IMG/VR virus record: IMGVR_UViG_2882447294_000001
Location: 587 to 64,586 of that record
DNA from: a virus
Lineage: Duplodnaviria > Caudoviricetes
Direction: 5' to 3' (one strand)
DNA: 64,000 bases
The position numbers and the translations under genes are program-made. Positions 25,734 through 34,877 of this stretch are shown piece by piece. Below the pieces are notes generated by a model. It was given only the letters and a program-made list of their open reading frames with translations, was not told where the DNA came from and did no database searches. How positions within the stretch are numbered: the first letter of the stretch is position 1; every line of letters begins with the position of its first letter.

Positions 25734-28093
25734 ACCTGTACAGCCAAGACGCAGAAGCGTCAGTCGTGGGCGCTGCGCTGCTCAAGCCTGATCTGATCGC
25801 CGATCTTTCCGAGGCCGTGCGACCCGAGGACTTCGGATACATCGAATACCGTATTATCTGGAGCGCAGTGATCAACATGGCCCGCCGCGGCGAGGAGATC
25901 GACGCGATCACTGTGTCCGAGTACCTGGCATCCTCAGGCACGCTGGATGATGTCGGCGGACTGGCAGCTATCAGCGAGATGGCTCGCAGCACGCCTTCGA
26001 CGGATAACGCCGGGTCATACGCCGGCATTGTTGCCGACCTGGCACAGCGACGTGCCCTGATCGCCATGCTGCCGGACTGTGAACAGGCGATAGCCGAGCG
26101 CGACAAGCCGGTCGACGAGATCGTCACCGCGCTGCAAGGCCGTCTTGAGTCTACGAGGCGCAAGACTCGGCAGCGGCTTCTTCGCGCCGCAGAGTACCTG
26201 CCGACAGAATTCGCCGATCCGTTGGACCGGAAATTCAACGGCCAGGAGGAGTCCATGGGTGTCTCCTACGGGCTTCGCGACCTCGACAAAAACACAATGG
26301 GCATGAAGCCGAATGAGCTTGTCGTGGTCGGCGGTCGACCATCGATGGGCAAGGCGCAGCCGCTCGACGCCAAGGTGCTTACGCGACGCGGCTGGAAGCT
26401 GATGGGGGAGATCCAGATCGGTGACGAACTGGCTTCAGTGGACGGGAAACTATCGTTCGTGACGGGAGTATTCCCGCAGGGTGTGAAAGATATTTACGAA
26501 GTGGCGTTCTCGGATGGTCGCTCAACCCGCGCTTGCGCTGAACACCTATGGAGCGTCACCTATCGCGATTGGGACGGGCCGCGGGTAGTGTCCACCGCCA
26601 AGCTGATCGACATGCTGGGCAAGAAGCGCTACCAGAACCGCCTTTGGATCGATGTTTACCGCGGCGACCATGGGCATGACGAAACGCTGCCGCTGCATCC
26701 GTGGGTTGTAGGCGCCATGATCGCAAACGGCAACGTGACTGACGGCACGCCGCGGATCAGCACTGGTGACCCCGAGAATCTCGACAAGCTGATTGAGTTG
26801 ATGGGCGGCGCCGTCTCGCCAACACCGGACGGTGATTGCTCATATCGCCTGAAAGGCGTCAAGCAGAAGAACGCTCTGGCTGACGGGCTCAAGCAGATCG
26901 GTATGTGGGGTTGCTTGTCCTACGAGAAGCGAGTCCCCGCGGCGTATTTGGAGGCACCGAAGTCTGACCGCATTGACCTGCTCGCCGGCCTGATTGACAA
27001 CGATGGCTGGGTAGAGAAGTTCGGTGCCGTCCTGTACTCCACCTCAAGCCGCGGCCTGGCGGAAGACGTCCAGTACCTCGTTCGCTCCTTGGGCGGGGTC
27101 TGCAACATCGCAACCAAAGAACCTGCGTACCGCGGCAAGGAAGGCGAGCGACTGATCGGCAGGACGCATTACACCTGCACGATATGCCTGCCCTGCTTCG
27201 ATGGCGTGGTCACGCTGCCGCGGAAGCTGGAGCGGATTGGGGCGAAGAAATCCAACCGCCAGAAGCGCATCAATGTCGCCAGTATTCGCTTGGTATCACG
27301 CGAGCAAGCGCAGTGCATTTCTGTATCTCATGATCGCCACCTGTATGTGACTGACGACTTTATCGTCACTCACAACACCGCGTTCATGATGAACACGCTT
27401 CGCGCTGCGCTTCGAGGTGACAAGCCGATACTGGTCGAGAGCCTGGAGATGAAGCGACCAGCGCTGTTCAACCGTCTCGTGGCCGGCATGGGTGGGTTTC
27501 CAATCGCCGCTCTGCAAGATCCTCAAAATAATGGGATGGATGAGTACTGGACCTACCTTTCCGCCCCGATGCTGACGATCAAGAACAGTGATCTGTACAT
27601 CAACGACGAGACGCCGCGCACCATCAGCCAGATCCGCGCCCAGGTGAAAGAGATCCACGACCGGCACGGCTCGATTGGTCTCGTGATGATCGACTACCTG
27701 GGCAAGGTCAAGGTCGAGGGCGACTACGGGCTACGTCATGACCGTGCCATTGAGGAGGTAGTGACCGGCGCCAAGGCGATCGCCAAGGAGTTCAACTGCC
27801 CCGTGATGTTGCTTTCCCAGCTCAACCGGAAGCTGGAAGAGCGCCCGAATAAGCGCCCGAATATGGGCGATCTCAAGGATTCGTCGGCCATCGAGCAGGA
27901 GGCCGACACGATCCTCTTTCTGTACCGCGATGAGGTCTACAACAAGGACAACCCCAACAACAAGGGGCTGGCCGAGATCATCATCGCAAAGCAGCGCGAG
28001 GGCATTACCGACACCGTTCACGTCGTTTCCCGTCTCAGCCATGCCCGGTTCGAAGACCTGGCGCCGTCGTATTACGCAGAGGAGGCCTCATGA
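25730..28093 (+). CDS. dnaB: Replicative DnaB helicase with intein
   Basis: 'GRPSMGK|TAF', 'SLEM', 'IDYL', 'LSQLNR', 'DLKDS.AIEQEAD', 'KQREG'. Confidence 0.95.
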   Translation: MNLYSQDAEASVVGAALLKPDLIADLSEAVRPEDFGYIEYRIIWSAVINMARRGEEIDAITVSEYLASSGTLDDVGGLAAISEMARSTPSTDNAGSYAGIVADLAQRRALIAMLPDCEQAIAERDKPVDEIVTALQGRLESTRRKTRQRLLRAAEYLPTEFADPLDRKFNGQEESMGVSYGLRDLDKNTMGMKPNELVVVGGRPSMGKAQPLDAKVLTRRGWKLMGEIQIGDELASVDGKLSFVTGVFPQGVKDIYEVAFSDGRSTRACAEHLWSVTYRDWDGPRVVSTAKLIDMLGKKRYQNRLWIDVYRGDHGHDETLPLHPWVVGAMIANGNVTDGTPRISTGDPENLDKLIELMGGAVSPTPDGDCSYRLKGVKQKNALADGLKQIGMWGCLSYEKRVPAAYLEAPKSDRIDLLAGLIDNDGWVEKFGAVLYSTSSRGLAEDVQYLVRSLGGVCNIATKEPAYRGKEGERLIGRTHYTCTICLPCFDGVVTLPRKLERIGAKKSNRQKRINVASIRLVSREQAQCISVSHDRHLYVTDDFIVTHNTAFMMNTLRAALRGDKPILVESLEMKRPALFNRLVAGMGGFPIAALQDPQNNGMDEYWTYLSAPMLTIKNSDLYINDETPRTISQIRAQVKEIHDRHGSIGLVMIDYLGKVKVEGDYGLRHDRAIEEVVTGAKAIAKEFNCPVMLLSQLNRKLEERPNKRPNMGDLKDSSAIEQEADTILFLYRDEVYNKDNPNNKGLAEIIIAKQREGITDTVHVVSRLSHARFEDLAPSYYAEEAS
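26354..27376 (+). mobile_element. 341-aa Ala1 (class 3) intein with LAGLIDADG homing endonuclease
   Basis: Starts AQPLDAKV after Walker A Lys and ends VTHN before Thr; 'EHLW', 'QCISV', 'LAGLIDNDG'. Confidence 0.92.
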
Positions 28094-28341
28094 CCATCCA
28101 CAGCTTCAACGACGCAAACGCGCGCCGAATCGTTCTCAACATCGTGAGTTGCCATCAACCGATGACGCTGACCGATATCGCGCATGCCGCGTCCCATCAT
28201 TTCGGCCGGGCCTTGAGCCGGGAAGAGATCGAACAGGCAATCGACGGACTGCGCGAGCGTGGCTACCGAATCGAATCTCACGACGACGGTATTGCGGTCG
28301 AGTATTGGGTCGAGGAGCCGACAGGAGGTGATGCCGCATGA
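28090..28341 (+). CDS. Small wHTH-like protein
   Basis: 'MTLTDIA..IEQAIDGLRERGYRI'; coupled to dnaB. Confidence 0.6.
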   Translation: MTIHSFNDANARRIVLNIVSCHQPMTLTDIAHAASHHFGRALSREEIEQAIDGLRERGYRIESHDDGIAVEYWVEEPTGGDAA

Positions 28342-28763
28342 ACTCCATCGAGAACCGCTGGCACCAGGCAGAGCTCGATTTCCTGATCGCGAAGTACCCA
28401 CTGCCGGGCTGGACGGTGCAGGCGATACAGCTGGCTCTGCCAGGCCAGCGCCGGACCGTGGAGGCGATCAAACGCAAGGCCGCCTATCTCCAGTTGTCCC
28501 GGCTCCGCCGCGACGCCGTCGAAGAGATCCGCGGCCGCATGGTCGAGGACATCTACGACATGTGCGTGCTCGATTACACGGTCGAGCGGATGGCGGCGGA
28601 GCTCGCCAGCCAGTATCGCATACCCGTGAGCGAGGACCTGGTAGGCCAATTGATGCGGGAACGGCTGAATCCGTGCACGTATCGATGCTGGTTGCAGCGC
28701 TATCACGAGCGCCAGGTGCGCGGGCAAAAGCGGGGCTGGGAGACGACAAGGAGAGCAGCATGA
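28338..28763 (+). CDS. Putative DNA-binding protein (Myb/HTH-like)
   Basis: 'RWHQAELDFL..Y..LPG.RRT.EAIKRKA'. Confidence 0.6.
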   Translation: MNSIENRWHQAELDFLIAKYPLPGWTVQAIQLALPGQRRTVEAIKRKAAYLQLSRLRRDAVEEIRGRMVEDIYDMCVLDYTVERMAAELASQYRIPVSEDLVGQLMRERLNPCTYRCWLQRYHERQVRGQKRGWETTRRAA

Positions 28764-28942
28764 CGGTATTCACCGATACGGCGGCCGCCATCGACGAGGC
28801 GGTCTGGTTGGCCGGCATGACCGATCAGGCGCACGTCATTGTCCGCTGCGAAGGCGGGGTGGCTGTTATGAGCTACGCCGATGCCTGGTTCCAACGCAAA
28901 GAGATCCTCGAGACGGTCCATCCGACTTGGGAGGCCGCATGA
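28760..28942 (+). CDS. Hypothetical phage protein
   Basis: AGGAG RBS and ATGA coupling on both sides. Confidence 0.65.
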   Translation: MTVFTDTAAAIDEAVWLAGMTDQAHVIVRCEGGVAVMSYADAWFQRKEILETVHPTWEAA

Positions 28943-29442
28943 CCAAATCCAAACGCCAGCCCATCTACCTGCGCACGGTTCGGCTCATCGATCCTCAGAC
29001 GGGCGCCGAGGTGTCGGCAATGATTCCGGCCAGCGCCACAGACCAGAACCAGATCCGGGAACGGGGCATCACGCTGGGCAAGGTGCTACGTGCCGATTTG
29101 ACTGAACCACGTAACCCGCAGTTTCACCGGCTGGCCCACGCAATCGGTGGTCTCTGCATCGAGCACATCGAGGCATTCGAGGGCCTGGGACAGCACGAAG
29201 CACTGAAGAAGCTTCAGCGCGAATCCGGCGTCGAGTGCGATATCAGCTACATCGAAATCCCTGGTGGTGGCGCACTCGAGCACCGGCAACCGCGGTCGAT
29301 GGCGTTCGACAGTATGGACCAGACCCGTTTCTATCAGTTCGTGTCCGCGCTGTGTGGCTACATCGCCCGCACCTATTGGCCAACCTGTACAGCAGAAGAA
29401 GTCGAGGCAATGGCCGATGCGATGGTGAGGGAGGCAGCGTGA
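28939..29442 (+). CDS. NinB/DUF1367-like protein
   Basis: 'PRNPQFHR', 'PRSMAFDSMDQ..F'. Confidence 0.7.
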   Translation: MTKSKRQPIYLRTVRLIDPQTGAEVSAMIPASATDQNQIRERGITLGKVLRADLTEPRNPQFHRLAHAIGGLCIEHIEAFEGLGQHEALKKLQRESGVECDISYIEIPGGGALEHRQPRSMAFDSMDQTRFYQFVSALCGYIARTYWPTCTAEEVEAMADAMVREAA

Positions 29443-29894
29443 GCGACGTTCCTATCGATCCTCAAGATTTCACGGGAGGCCTGAAGGTCGTTGATATCGG
29501 CGACCTGCGCGTAGCGCGCGGCTGGTCTCGGCGGCCGGCGGTCACTTGTCGCCATCTCAACATGACGTATGACGATAAGGAGCGCCGAATCTGGTGCTCT
29601 GACTGTGAGACCGAGGTCGAGCCTTACGACGCCTTCAAGGTCGTGTGCGAGAACATCGATACAGCCACCAAGCGCTTGAAACGACGTGAGGCAAGCCTAA
29701 AGGAGGCCGAGCAATTCGCGCTGCGCAGCCGAGCGGCAAAGGTCATGGATGGGTTCTGGCGTGGCCGCTCGCTGGCGCCTCTCTGCCCGCATTGCAATGA
29801 AGCCCTTTTGCCAGAAGACGTGGTTAACGGGCTCGCAGGGTCGAATCCTGATTGGGTGCGTCGTCTGCGGAAAAAGCATAGGGAGAGGAAATGA
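29439..29894 (+). CDS. Hypothetical Zn-binding phage protein
   Basis: GTG start with GGAGG RBS; 'CRH', 'CSDC', 'CPHC'. Confidence 0.7.
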   Translation: MSDVPIDPQDFTGGLKVVDIGDLRVARGWSRRPAVTCRHLNMTYDDKERRIWCSDCETEVEPYDAFKVVCENIDTATKRLKRREASLKEAEQFALRSRAAKVMDGFWRGRSLAPLCPHCNEALLPEDVVNGLAGSNPDWVRRLRKKHRERK

Positions 29895-30190
29895 TGCTCA
29901 CACAACGACAGGTAGTCCACCGCGACCGCAAATGGCTCGCCGCCGTGCACGAGATCGACCAGTGCGTGCTGTGCGGCGCCTGGGGCGTGCAGGCGGCTCA
30001 TCGCAACCAGGGCAAAGGAATGGGGCGCAAAGCCGACGACTGTCTGACGGCCGCCATCTGCCCGGCCTGTCATCACGAGATCGACAACGGCACGGGCATG
30101 ACCCGGGAACAGCGCCGCGCGCGTCTCGACGAGGCCGTGGTGCTCACGATCCAGCAACTGGCCCGGCGCGGGCTTATCGGGGTGAAGTGA
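29891..30190 (+). CDS. DUF968-like HNH-related nin protein
   Basis: 'WLAAV..CVLCG..QAAH..KGMG.KADD..C.ACH..ID'. Confidence 0.75.
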   Translation: MMLTQRQVVHRDRKWLAAVHEIDQCVLCGAWGVQAAHRNQGKGMGRKADDCLTAAICPACHHEIDNGTGMTREQRRARLDEAVVLTIQQLARRGLIGVK

Positions 30191-30375
30191 TGGGGCGCTT
30201 TAAATTCCCGATCCCGTTCCAGGTATATCAACCCACTCCATTTGACGCTGGCATTGAAGCATTCAACCGCGGCGAAGGATGGGACCGATGCCCTCGATAT
30301 GAATCGGCACAAGACAGGTTGATGTGGCAGCGCGGGTGGAGCGCGGCCATGCGCGATCGGAGGGACGGCAGATGA
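30190..30375 (+). CDS. Rmf/CrpP-fold-like small protein
   Basis: 'FDAGIEAFNRG..CPRY..RLMWQRGW'. Confidence 0.6.
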   Translation: MGRFKFPIPFQVYQPTPFDAGIEAFNRGEGWDRCPRYESAQDRLMWQRGWSAAMRDRRDGR

Positions 30376-30758
30376 CGCCGATCGTTCTGTTCGTGCCGTA
30401 TATCGCCAGCAGCACCAACGTTGGCACCCGGCAGCACTGGACGGCCCGGAAGCGTGAGGTCGACACGTGCCACATGCTCGTGCGCAATGCGGTACGCCGT
30501 GCCGGTATCGGTCGCATCACCGTGCCGGTGGACCTGACGTTCAGGCCTAGGCTTGGAAAGGGCGTTCGCCGCCGGGACACGTCGAATTATTCGATCTCGC
30601 TCAAGAACCTCGAGGACGGGCTGGTCGCTGCCGGCGTGCTGCCAGATGATCGGGGCGAGTACGTGCGCCGCGTCATCCTCGAGCCGCCAATGGTAGATCG
30701 CAAGGCCGAGACGGGGACATGGATCGAGATTCGAGCAGCTCAGGAGCAGGCGGCATGA
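30372..30758 (+). CDS. RusA-like Holliday junction resolvase
   Basis: 'RRDTSNY..KNLEDGLV.AGVL.DD..YV'. Confidence 0.8.
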   Translation: MTPIVLFVPYIASSTNVGTRQHWTARKREVDTCHMLVRNAVRRAGIGRITVPVDLTFRPRLGKGVRRRDTSNYSISLKNLEDGLVAAGVLPDDRGEYVRRVILEPPMVDRKAETGTWIEIRAAQEQAA

Positions 30759-30792
30759 TCGAGGGAATTGATAGGCACCTCTCAGTAGGAAA

Positions 30793-30840
30793 ACGGTACG
30801 ACGGCACGCTACACGGTACGACGTGCCGTTTTCGTGCCGT
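30793..30840. repeat. Five ACGG(T/C)ACG octamers, three direct and two inverted
   Basis: Plus at 30793, 30801, 30813; minus at 30822, 30833. Confidence 0.8.
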
Positions 30841-30906
30841 CATGCATGGTTGAGATATGGGGTATCCGGATTAAATGGTGGATCGGGTCTTTTTGGAACA
30901 TATTTT

Positions 30907-30950
30907 TATACACACAAAACTATTGCATGGTAGTTATGTGTGTATATAAT
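30907..30950 (+). promoter_or_regulatory. Sigma70-type promoter embedded in an inverted-repeat operator
   Basis: TTGCAT (30923) and TATAAT (30945); TATACACACA...TGTGTGTATA arms. Confidence 0.75.
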
Positions 30951-31012
30951 TGAGTCATAGGTTGAGACACAGCCAACCGGCGCCTCCCGGGATGAGGGGT
31001 AGAGAGAACACC

Positions 31013-31369
31013 ATGAATATCGTTATCACCAAGCAGCTCCCCAACGGCGTCATCATCCAGGCTCAGAGCCACGACGGTCGCTATCAATGGTTTAGCGGTC
31101 AGGACGGCTACATTCGCGACACCCTGGATGGCCGCAGTATTTACCAGATGGCTTACTTGAAGCGTGCCGGCGAGGGCTTTGGTAGCGACCCACTGCCGGA
31201 TGGCGTGGCAAATGACGTGCGGGCATTCTGGGCTTCCCTGAATCCCCTGGTTGCTGCACGCGAAGAAGCCGCTGAGCGGGCTCGCATAGAGCGGGAAGTT
31301 GCGACGATCGATGCGCGTGAAGACCTCTATCGCATAATGGATAGCCACATGGACCCCAAAGACCGATGA
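31013..31369 (+). CDS. Unknown 118-aa protein, candidate anti-defence factor
   Basis: First gene behind the operator-overlapped promoter. Confidence 0.7.
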   Translation: MNIVITKQLPNGVIIQAQSHDGRYQWFSGQDGYIRDTLDGRSIYQMAYLKRAGEGFGSDPLPDGVANDVRAFWASLNPLVAAREEAAERARIEREVATIDAREDLYRIMDSHMDPKDR

Positions 31370-31734
31370 GCAACCAAAACCGCAAGCGCATCATCATCCA
31401 GGCTGGCGAGTCCAGCCTGATGTACCCAACAGCCAAAGTACCCAGCTACGATGATCTCGGTCTGGTGTCTGTGGGTGATGACACTGGGCGCCTGCTTCGC
31501 AACAAGCGATCCGGGACATACGTCATGTATATCGGCGGAGCAACCCGCTCACTCGATCAGCGTAAAGTGCGCTCGGCGCTGGGCATCGGCCCTGGCCGTC
31601 CCGAGCAAATGCAGGGTGGTCGCCGCCGCAACGTCTACATGAGCGATGCGGATGCCGACTACCTGCGCCAGATCGGCAACGGCAATCTCTCCGAGGGCAT
31701 CCGGGTCGCGGTCGCTGCGCATCGCGAGCAGTGA
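31366..31734 (+). CDS. Protein with C-terminal ribbon-helix-helix-like domain, probable autorepressor
   Basis: 'GRP..RRNVYMSDADADYLRQIGNGNLSEGIR'. Confidence 0.7.
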   Translation: MSNQNRKRIIIQAGESSLMYPTAKVPSYDDLGLVSVGDDTGRLLRNKRSGTYVMYIGGATRSLDQRKVRSALGIGPGRPEQMQGGRRRNVYMSDADADYLRQIGNGNLSEGIRVAVAAHREQ

Positions 31735-31777
31735 CCGGTAAGCAAGATTCCACCAGCATCACCCAGATTGCGCCATC

Positions 31778-31833
31778 CGTTCAGCACCCTCCCGAAACCC
31801 CGGTACCATGATCCTGACCACGCCGTGAGGCGT
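31778..31833 (+). promoter_or_regulatory. Putative late promoter 1 with GTGA hairpin
   Basis: CGTTCA-N20-TACCAT-N10-ACGCC GTGA GGCGT. Confidence 0.55.
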
Positions 31834-31864
31834 CATCACATTTCAATTGCTATCAGGTGCCGAC

Positions 31865-32149
31865 ATGAGTGACCCCAAGCCGAGCGAAGAGCAGCTCCAC
31901 GAACTCACCTGGCATATGGCTACCAGCTTTCTGTGTAGTACTCCGGAGTTGTCGCCCGACCCAAATCTTCCGCGACCCGAATACCTCGCAGCGCGCCAAG
32001 CGATCAATCAATCTCTGTTGGAGCAGACCCGGCCTCAGATCGAAAAGACGGTCTATTTCGAAGCGGCCAACGCCGCGCATCCCGATCTCTTTGTCGCAAC
32101 GGCAGAAATTAACGACCGGTCGAAATACGTGGCCATCGCAGCCGAATAA
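31865..32149 (+). CDS. Hypothetical protein upstream of endolysin
   Basis: AGGT RBS; intact ORF. Confidence 0.55.
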   Translation: MSDPKPSEEQLHELTWHMATSFLCSTPELSPDPNLPRPEYLAARQAINQSLLEQTRPQIEKTVYFEAANAAHPDLFVATAEINDRSKYVAIAAE

Positions 32150-32187
32150 CCGTTCATTCCTAACCACTGTCGGGAGACAGAGGATCA

Positions 32188-32748
32188 ATGGATTCCAATC
32201 TCAAGGCCAAGCTGATCGCCGGCGTGCGTGAGCGCGAGAAGGGCTACAGCGATCATCCCGCCGACAAGGGCGGGCCAACAATGGACGGCGTCACCCAGGC
32301 GACAGCGCGCCGCTACGGCTACCAGGGTGACATGCGCGACATCCCGTCCACTCTCATCGATCAGATCTACGCCGACCTCTACTGGCAGCCTCTCAACCTC
32401 GACGAATTCTCCACGCTCAGCGAAGACCTGACGGTCGTGCTGTTCGACTTCGGCGTCAATTCTGGCACCGGCCGAGCTGCGAAGGACCTGCAGCGCGCAC
32501 TGAACGTGCTGAACCGCCGCGGAGCCGACTATCCCGACATCGTTGCCGACGGCGCCATCGGCCCGAAGACGATGGCTTCCGTGTCTGCATTCGCTGCCAA
32601 GCGCGGAGACGAGGGCGTCGAGATGCTTGCCGACATCGTCAACGGCATGCGCCTGTCGTTTCTCGTCGAGCTATCGGAACGCGACGAATCCCAAGAGGCA
32701 TTCACGTTCGGCTGGCTGCGGCGGGTGATCCACCTGCTGTGGGCATGA
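32188..32748 (+). CDS. Endolysin, glycoside hydrolase family 108 with peptidoglycan-binding domain
   Basis: 'EKGYSDHPADKGGPT..GVT', 'FDFGVNSG', 'DGAIGPKT', 'FGWLRR'. Confidence 0.93.
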   Translation: MDSNLKAKLIAGVREREKGYSDHPADKGGPTMDGVTQATARRYGYQGDMRDIPSTLIDQIYADLYWQPLNLDEFSTLSEDLTVVLFDFGVNSGTGRAAKDLQRALNVLNRRGADYPDIVADGAIGPKTMASVSAFAAKRGDEGVEMLADIVNGMRLSFLVELSERDESQEAFTFGWLRRVIHLLWA

Positions 32749-32795
32749 CCATGACCAGGAATCACCGAGGTGATCGTTATGCGGAGTCGTAACAT

Positions 32796-33158
32796 ATGGA
32801 CCAGCAGACCTCGACACCGGACGGACTTTGGCTGGTCTCGTGGTTCATCGCCAATGCCCCTTGGATCTATGCCGGATGCGCCTCTGCTGCTTTCCGCTTT
32901 GTGTATCAGTGGGGTGTCGATCATCGCCCCGTTCGCACGGCGGCTTCAGAGGCGTTTATGTGCGGTGCCGTGGTCAGTGTATCTGCTCCAGTGGCCGCCG
33001 TTGTGGGCTTCAACGAGACCTGGGCGATGGTTGTTGGAATTGCTGTCGGTCTTGCTGGCCCTGAGGTTGTGCGGAGTGCTGCCGTAGAGCGTCTCAGGGC
33101 GGCAGGACGGGCGGCAGCCAAGGTGCTTTTCAAGGGAGATGACGATGCCGGGCACTGA
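32796..33158 (+). CDS. Putative holin (lambda S-like)
   Basis: About three hydrophobic segments, basic C-terminus, follows endolysin. Confidence 0.7.
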   Translation: MDQQTSTPDGLWLVSWFIANAPWIYAGCASAAFRFVYQWGVDHRPVRTAASEAFMCGAVVSVSAPVAAVVGFNETWAMVVGIAVGLAGPEVVRSAAVERLRAAGRAAAKVLFKGDDDAGH

Positions 33159-33606
33159 GTTCCTGACGGAGCAGGTCAGGCGCGAACGGGAACGCGGCGA
33201 CCGGGAGCGTCGCCGTGGCAACTGGTCGTACGGACTCATGGTCGTTGCTGTGATCGGCGCCATCGTTGTCGGGTACCTGTGGTTCAAGGCCGATAACCGC
33301 GTCGGTGAACTGACGCGAGAGATCGCCTCTCAACAGGCTGACTACAAGCGTCGCCTCGACGATCAGGCGGCGGACTACAAGCGTCAACTGGCGCGCGAGA
33401 AGCGGATCAATGACGACTACAGCGCACGCATCACCCGGCTATGGGCGGCCAACGCGGTGGCCGTTGGGTCACTGATCTACGAGCGCAAGAAAGCGGGCGA
33501 TCTCGCCGCCGACAACAAGCGGATCTGGCGTCGCAATCGTGACTTGCAGGAAGACAAACAGCGGATGCGTGAAAACTGGACATCCGAGCTCAGCATCGAT
33601 CAATGA
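33139..33606 (+). CDS. Membrane-anchored coiled-coil protein (i-spanin-like)
   Basis: One N-terminal TM helix then heptad-rich region. Confidence 0.5.
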   Translation: MTMPGTEFLTEQVRRERERGDRERRRGNWSYGLMVVAVIGAIVVGYLWFKADNRVGELTREIASQQADYKRRLDDQAADYKRQLAREKRINDDYSARITRLWAANAVAVGSLIYERKKAGDLAADNKRIWRRNRDLQEDKQRMRENWTSELSIDQ

Positions 33607-33615
33607 GGGCGTGTC

Positions 33616-34209
33616 ATGTCAGTGGACTGGAAATCGGCAATCGGCGAAGTCGCGAAGTACGCACCAGCCGTGGCAACGGCTCTCGGCGGTCCCGGTGTCG
33701 GCGGCGTAACGGCCGGGGCGGCAAAGGTTGTCTCCAGCATGCTGGGTATCGACGACGATCCCGCGTCGTTCGTTGCTGCCACGAAGAATCCCGAGTTGCT
33801 GGCCAAGCTGCAGCAGATCAACAACGACCACGAGCGGGAACTGCTGTCGTTGCGACTCCAGGCCGAGCAGGCCGCCGCCGCAGAGAAGACCAAGCAGATG
33901 ACCGAGGTCAACGCCACCATCCGCGCGGAGCTTGGCACTGAAGGCTGGTTCAAGTCCGGCTGGCGCCCGGCCATCGGCTGGGTCATGGCGCTGGCATTCG
34001 CCGTCATGTCCGGTGCCATGGCGTATGCGCTGATCGTCGATCCCAGTCAGCTACCATCGATCATGGACGGCATCATCACGCTGATCGTCGCCATGGGTAC
34101 CGTGCTGGGCGTGAACATCAATGCGCGCACGACCGAAAAGCACTTGCAGACTACCGGCACGAAGCCGCTGTCGCTGATGGATGCGATCAAGACACGGGTG
34201 GCGAAGTAG
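33616..34209 (+). CDS. GTA-type 3TM holin-family protein
   Basis: 'APAVATALGGP', 'GWRPAIGW', C-terminal TM pair ending 'RTTEK'. Confidence 0.8.
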   Translation: MSVDWKSAIGEVAKYAPAVATALGGPGVGGVTAGAAKVVSSMLGIDDDPASFVAATKNPELLAKLQQINNDHERELLSLRLQAEQAAAAEKTKQMTEVNATIRAELGTEGWFKSGWRPAIGWVMALAFAVMSGAMAYALIVDPSQLPSIMDGIITLIVAMGTVLGVNINARTTEKHLQTTGTKPLSLMDAIKTRVAK

Positions 34210-34214
34210 CCGAT

Positions 34215-34289
34215 CGATCATCGGCCCTCGTCCGCTGTGGGACGATGACATAGAACACGCCGTGAGGCGTTATTCGGGCCGTGAGGCCC
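34215..34289 (+). promoter_or_regulatory. Putative late promoter 2 with two GTGA hairpins
   Basis: CGATCA-N20-GACGAT-N10-ACGCC GTGA GGCGT, then GGGCC GTGA GGCCC. Confidence 0.5.
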
Positions 34290-34296
34290 CACACCA

Positions 34297-34797
34297 ATGG
34301 CGGTCGAGGCCGTCGAGGAGCAAGCAGTGATCGATATCAAGATTCGTCCCGTGACGCGGTTCATCGTGACCCGGCACACCGACAACGGTACGACCGGGTC
34401 GAACGAGGAATGCGGGGAATTTATCTCCCATGACCAGGCCGAGCATGTTGCGTTCGGGCTCGAAGCACTGGCCAAGGCCGATGGCAAGCAGGTTCAAGTC
34501 GTCTCGTCCGACGACCGCATGGCTGATCTGACCGATATTGACCTGCTGGCAGAACTGATTCGGCGTCGCGGCGTCGGGCACGCGCCAAAGCGGCGGGAGT
34601 ACCACACACCGCATTACGACGTCTGTGTCGGAGTCGGCCGCGACCACACTGCCGACATTACCCTGGACGGCGATTCGCTGCTGGAACTGAACCGACGTCG
34701 TGGGTGTGTCGACCCCAGCCGGATCATCGTCGATGACGATTCGGTCAACGAAGCGCTGAGTAGCGAGCGGTGGAGTCTCGACAGCGACGGGCAGTAA
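34297..34797 (+). CDS. Hypothetical protein
   Basis: ORF between lysis and packaging genes; start uncertain. Confidence 0.6.
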   Translation: MAVEAVEEQAVIDIKIRPVTRFIVTRHTDNGTTGSNEECGEFISHDQAEHVAFGLEALAKADGKQVQVVSSDDRMADLTDIDLLAELIRRRGVGHAPKRREYHTPHYDVCVGVGRDHTADITLDGDSLLELNRRRGCVDPSRIIVDDDSVNEALSSERWSLDSDGQ

Positions 34798-34877
34798 TCG
34801 CGAGTTTGGGCGGCACGTCGTGAGACGCCCGCCCTGTTTTACACGGAGCAGCACGCCGTGAGGCGTCCTGACAGCAC

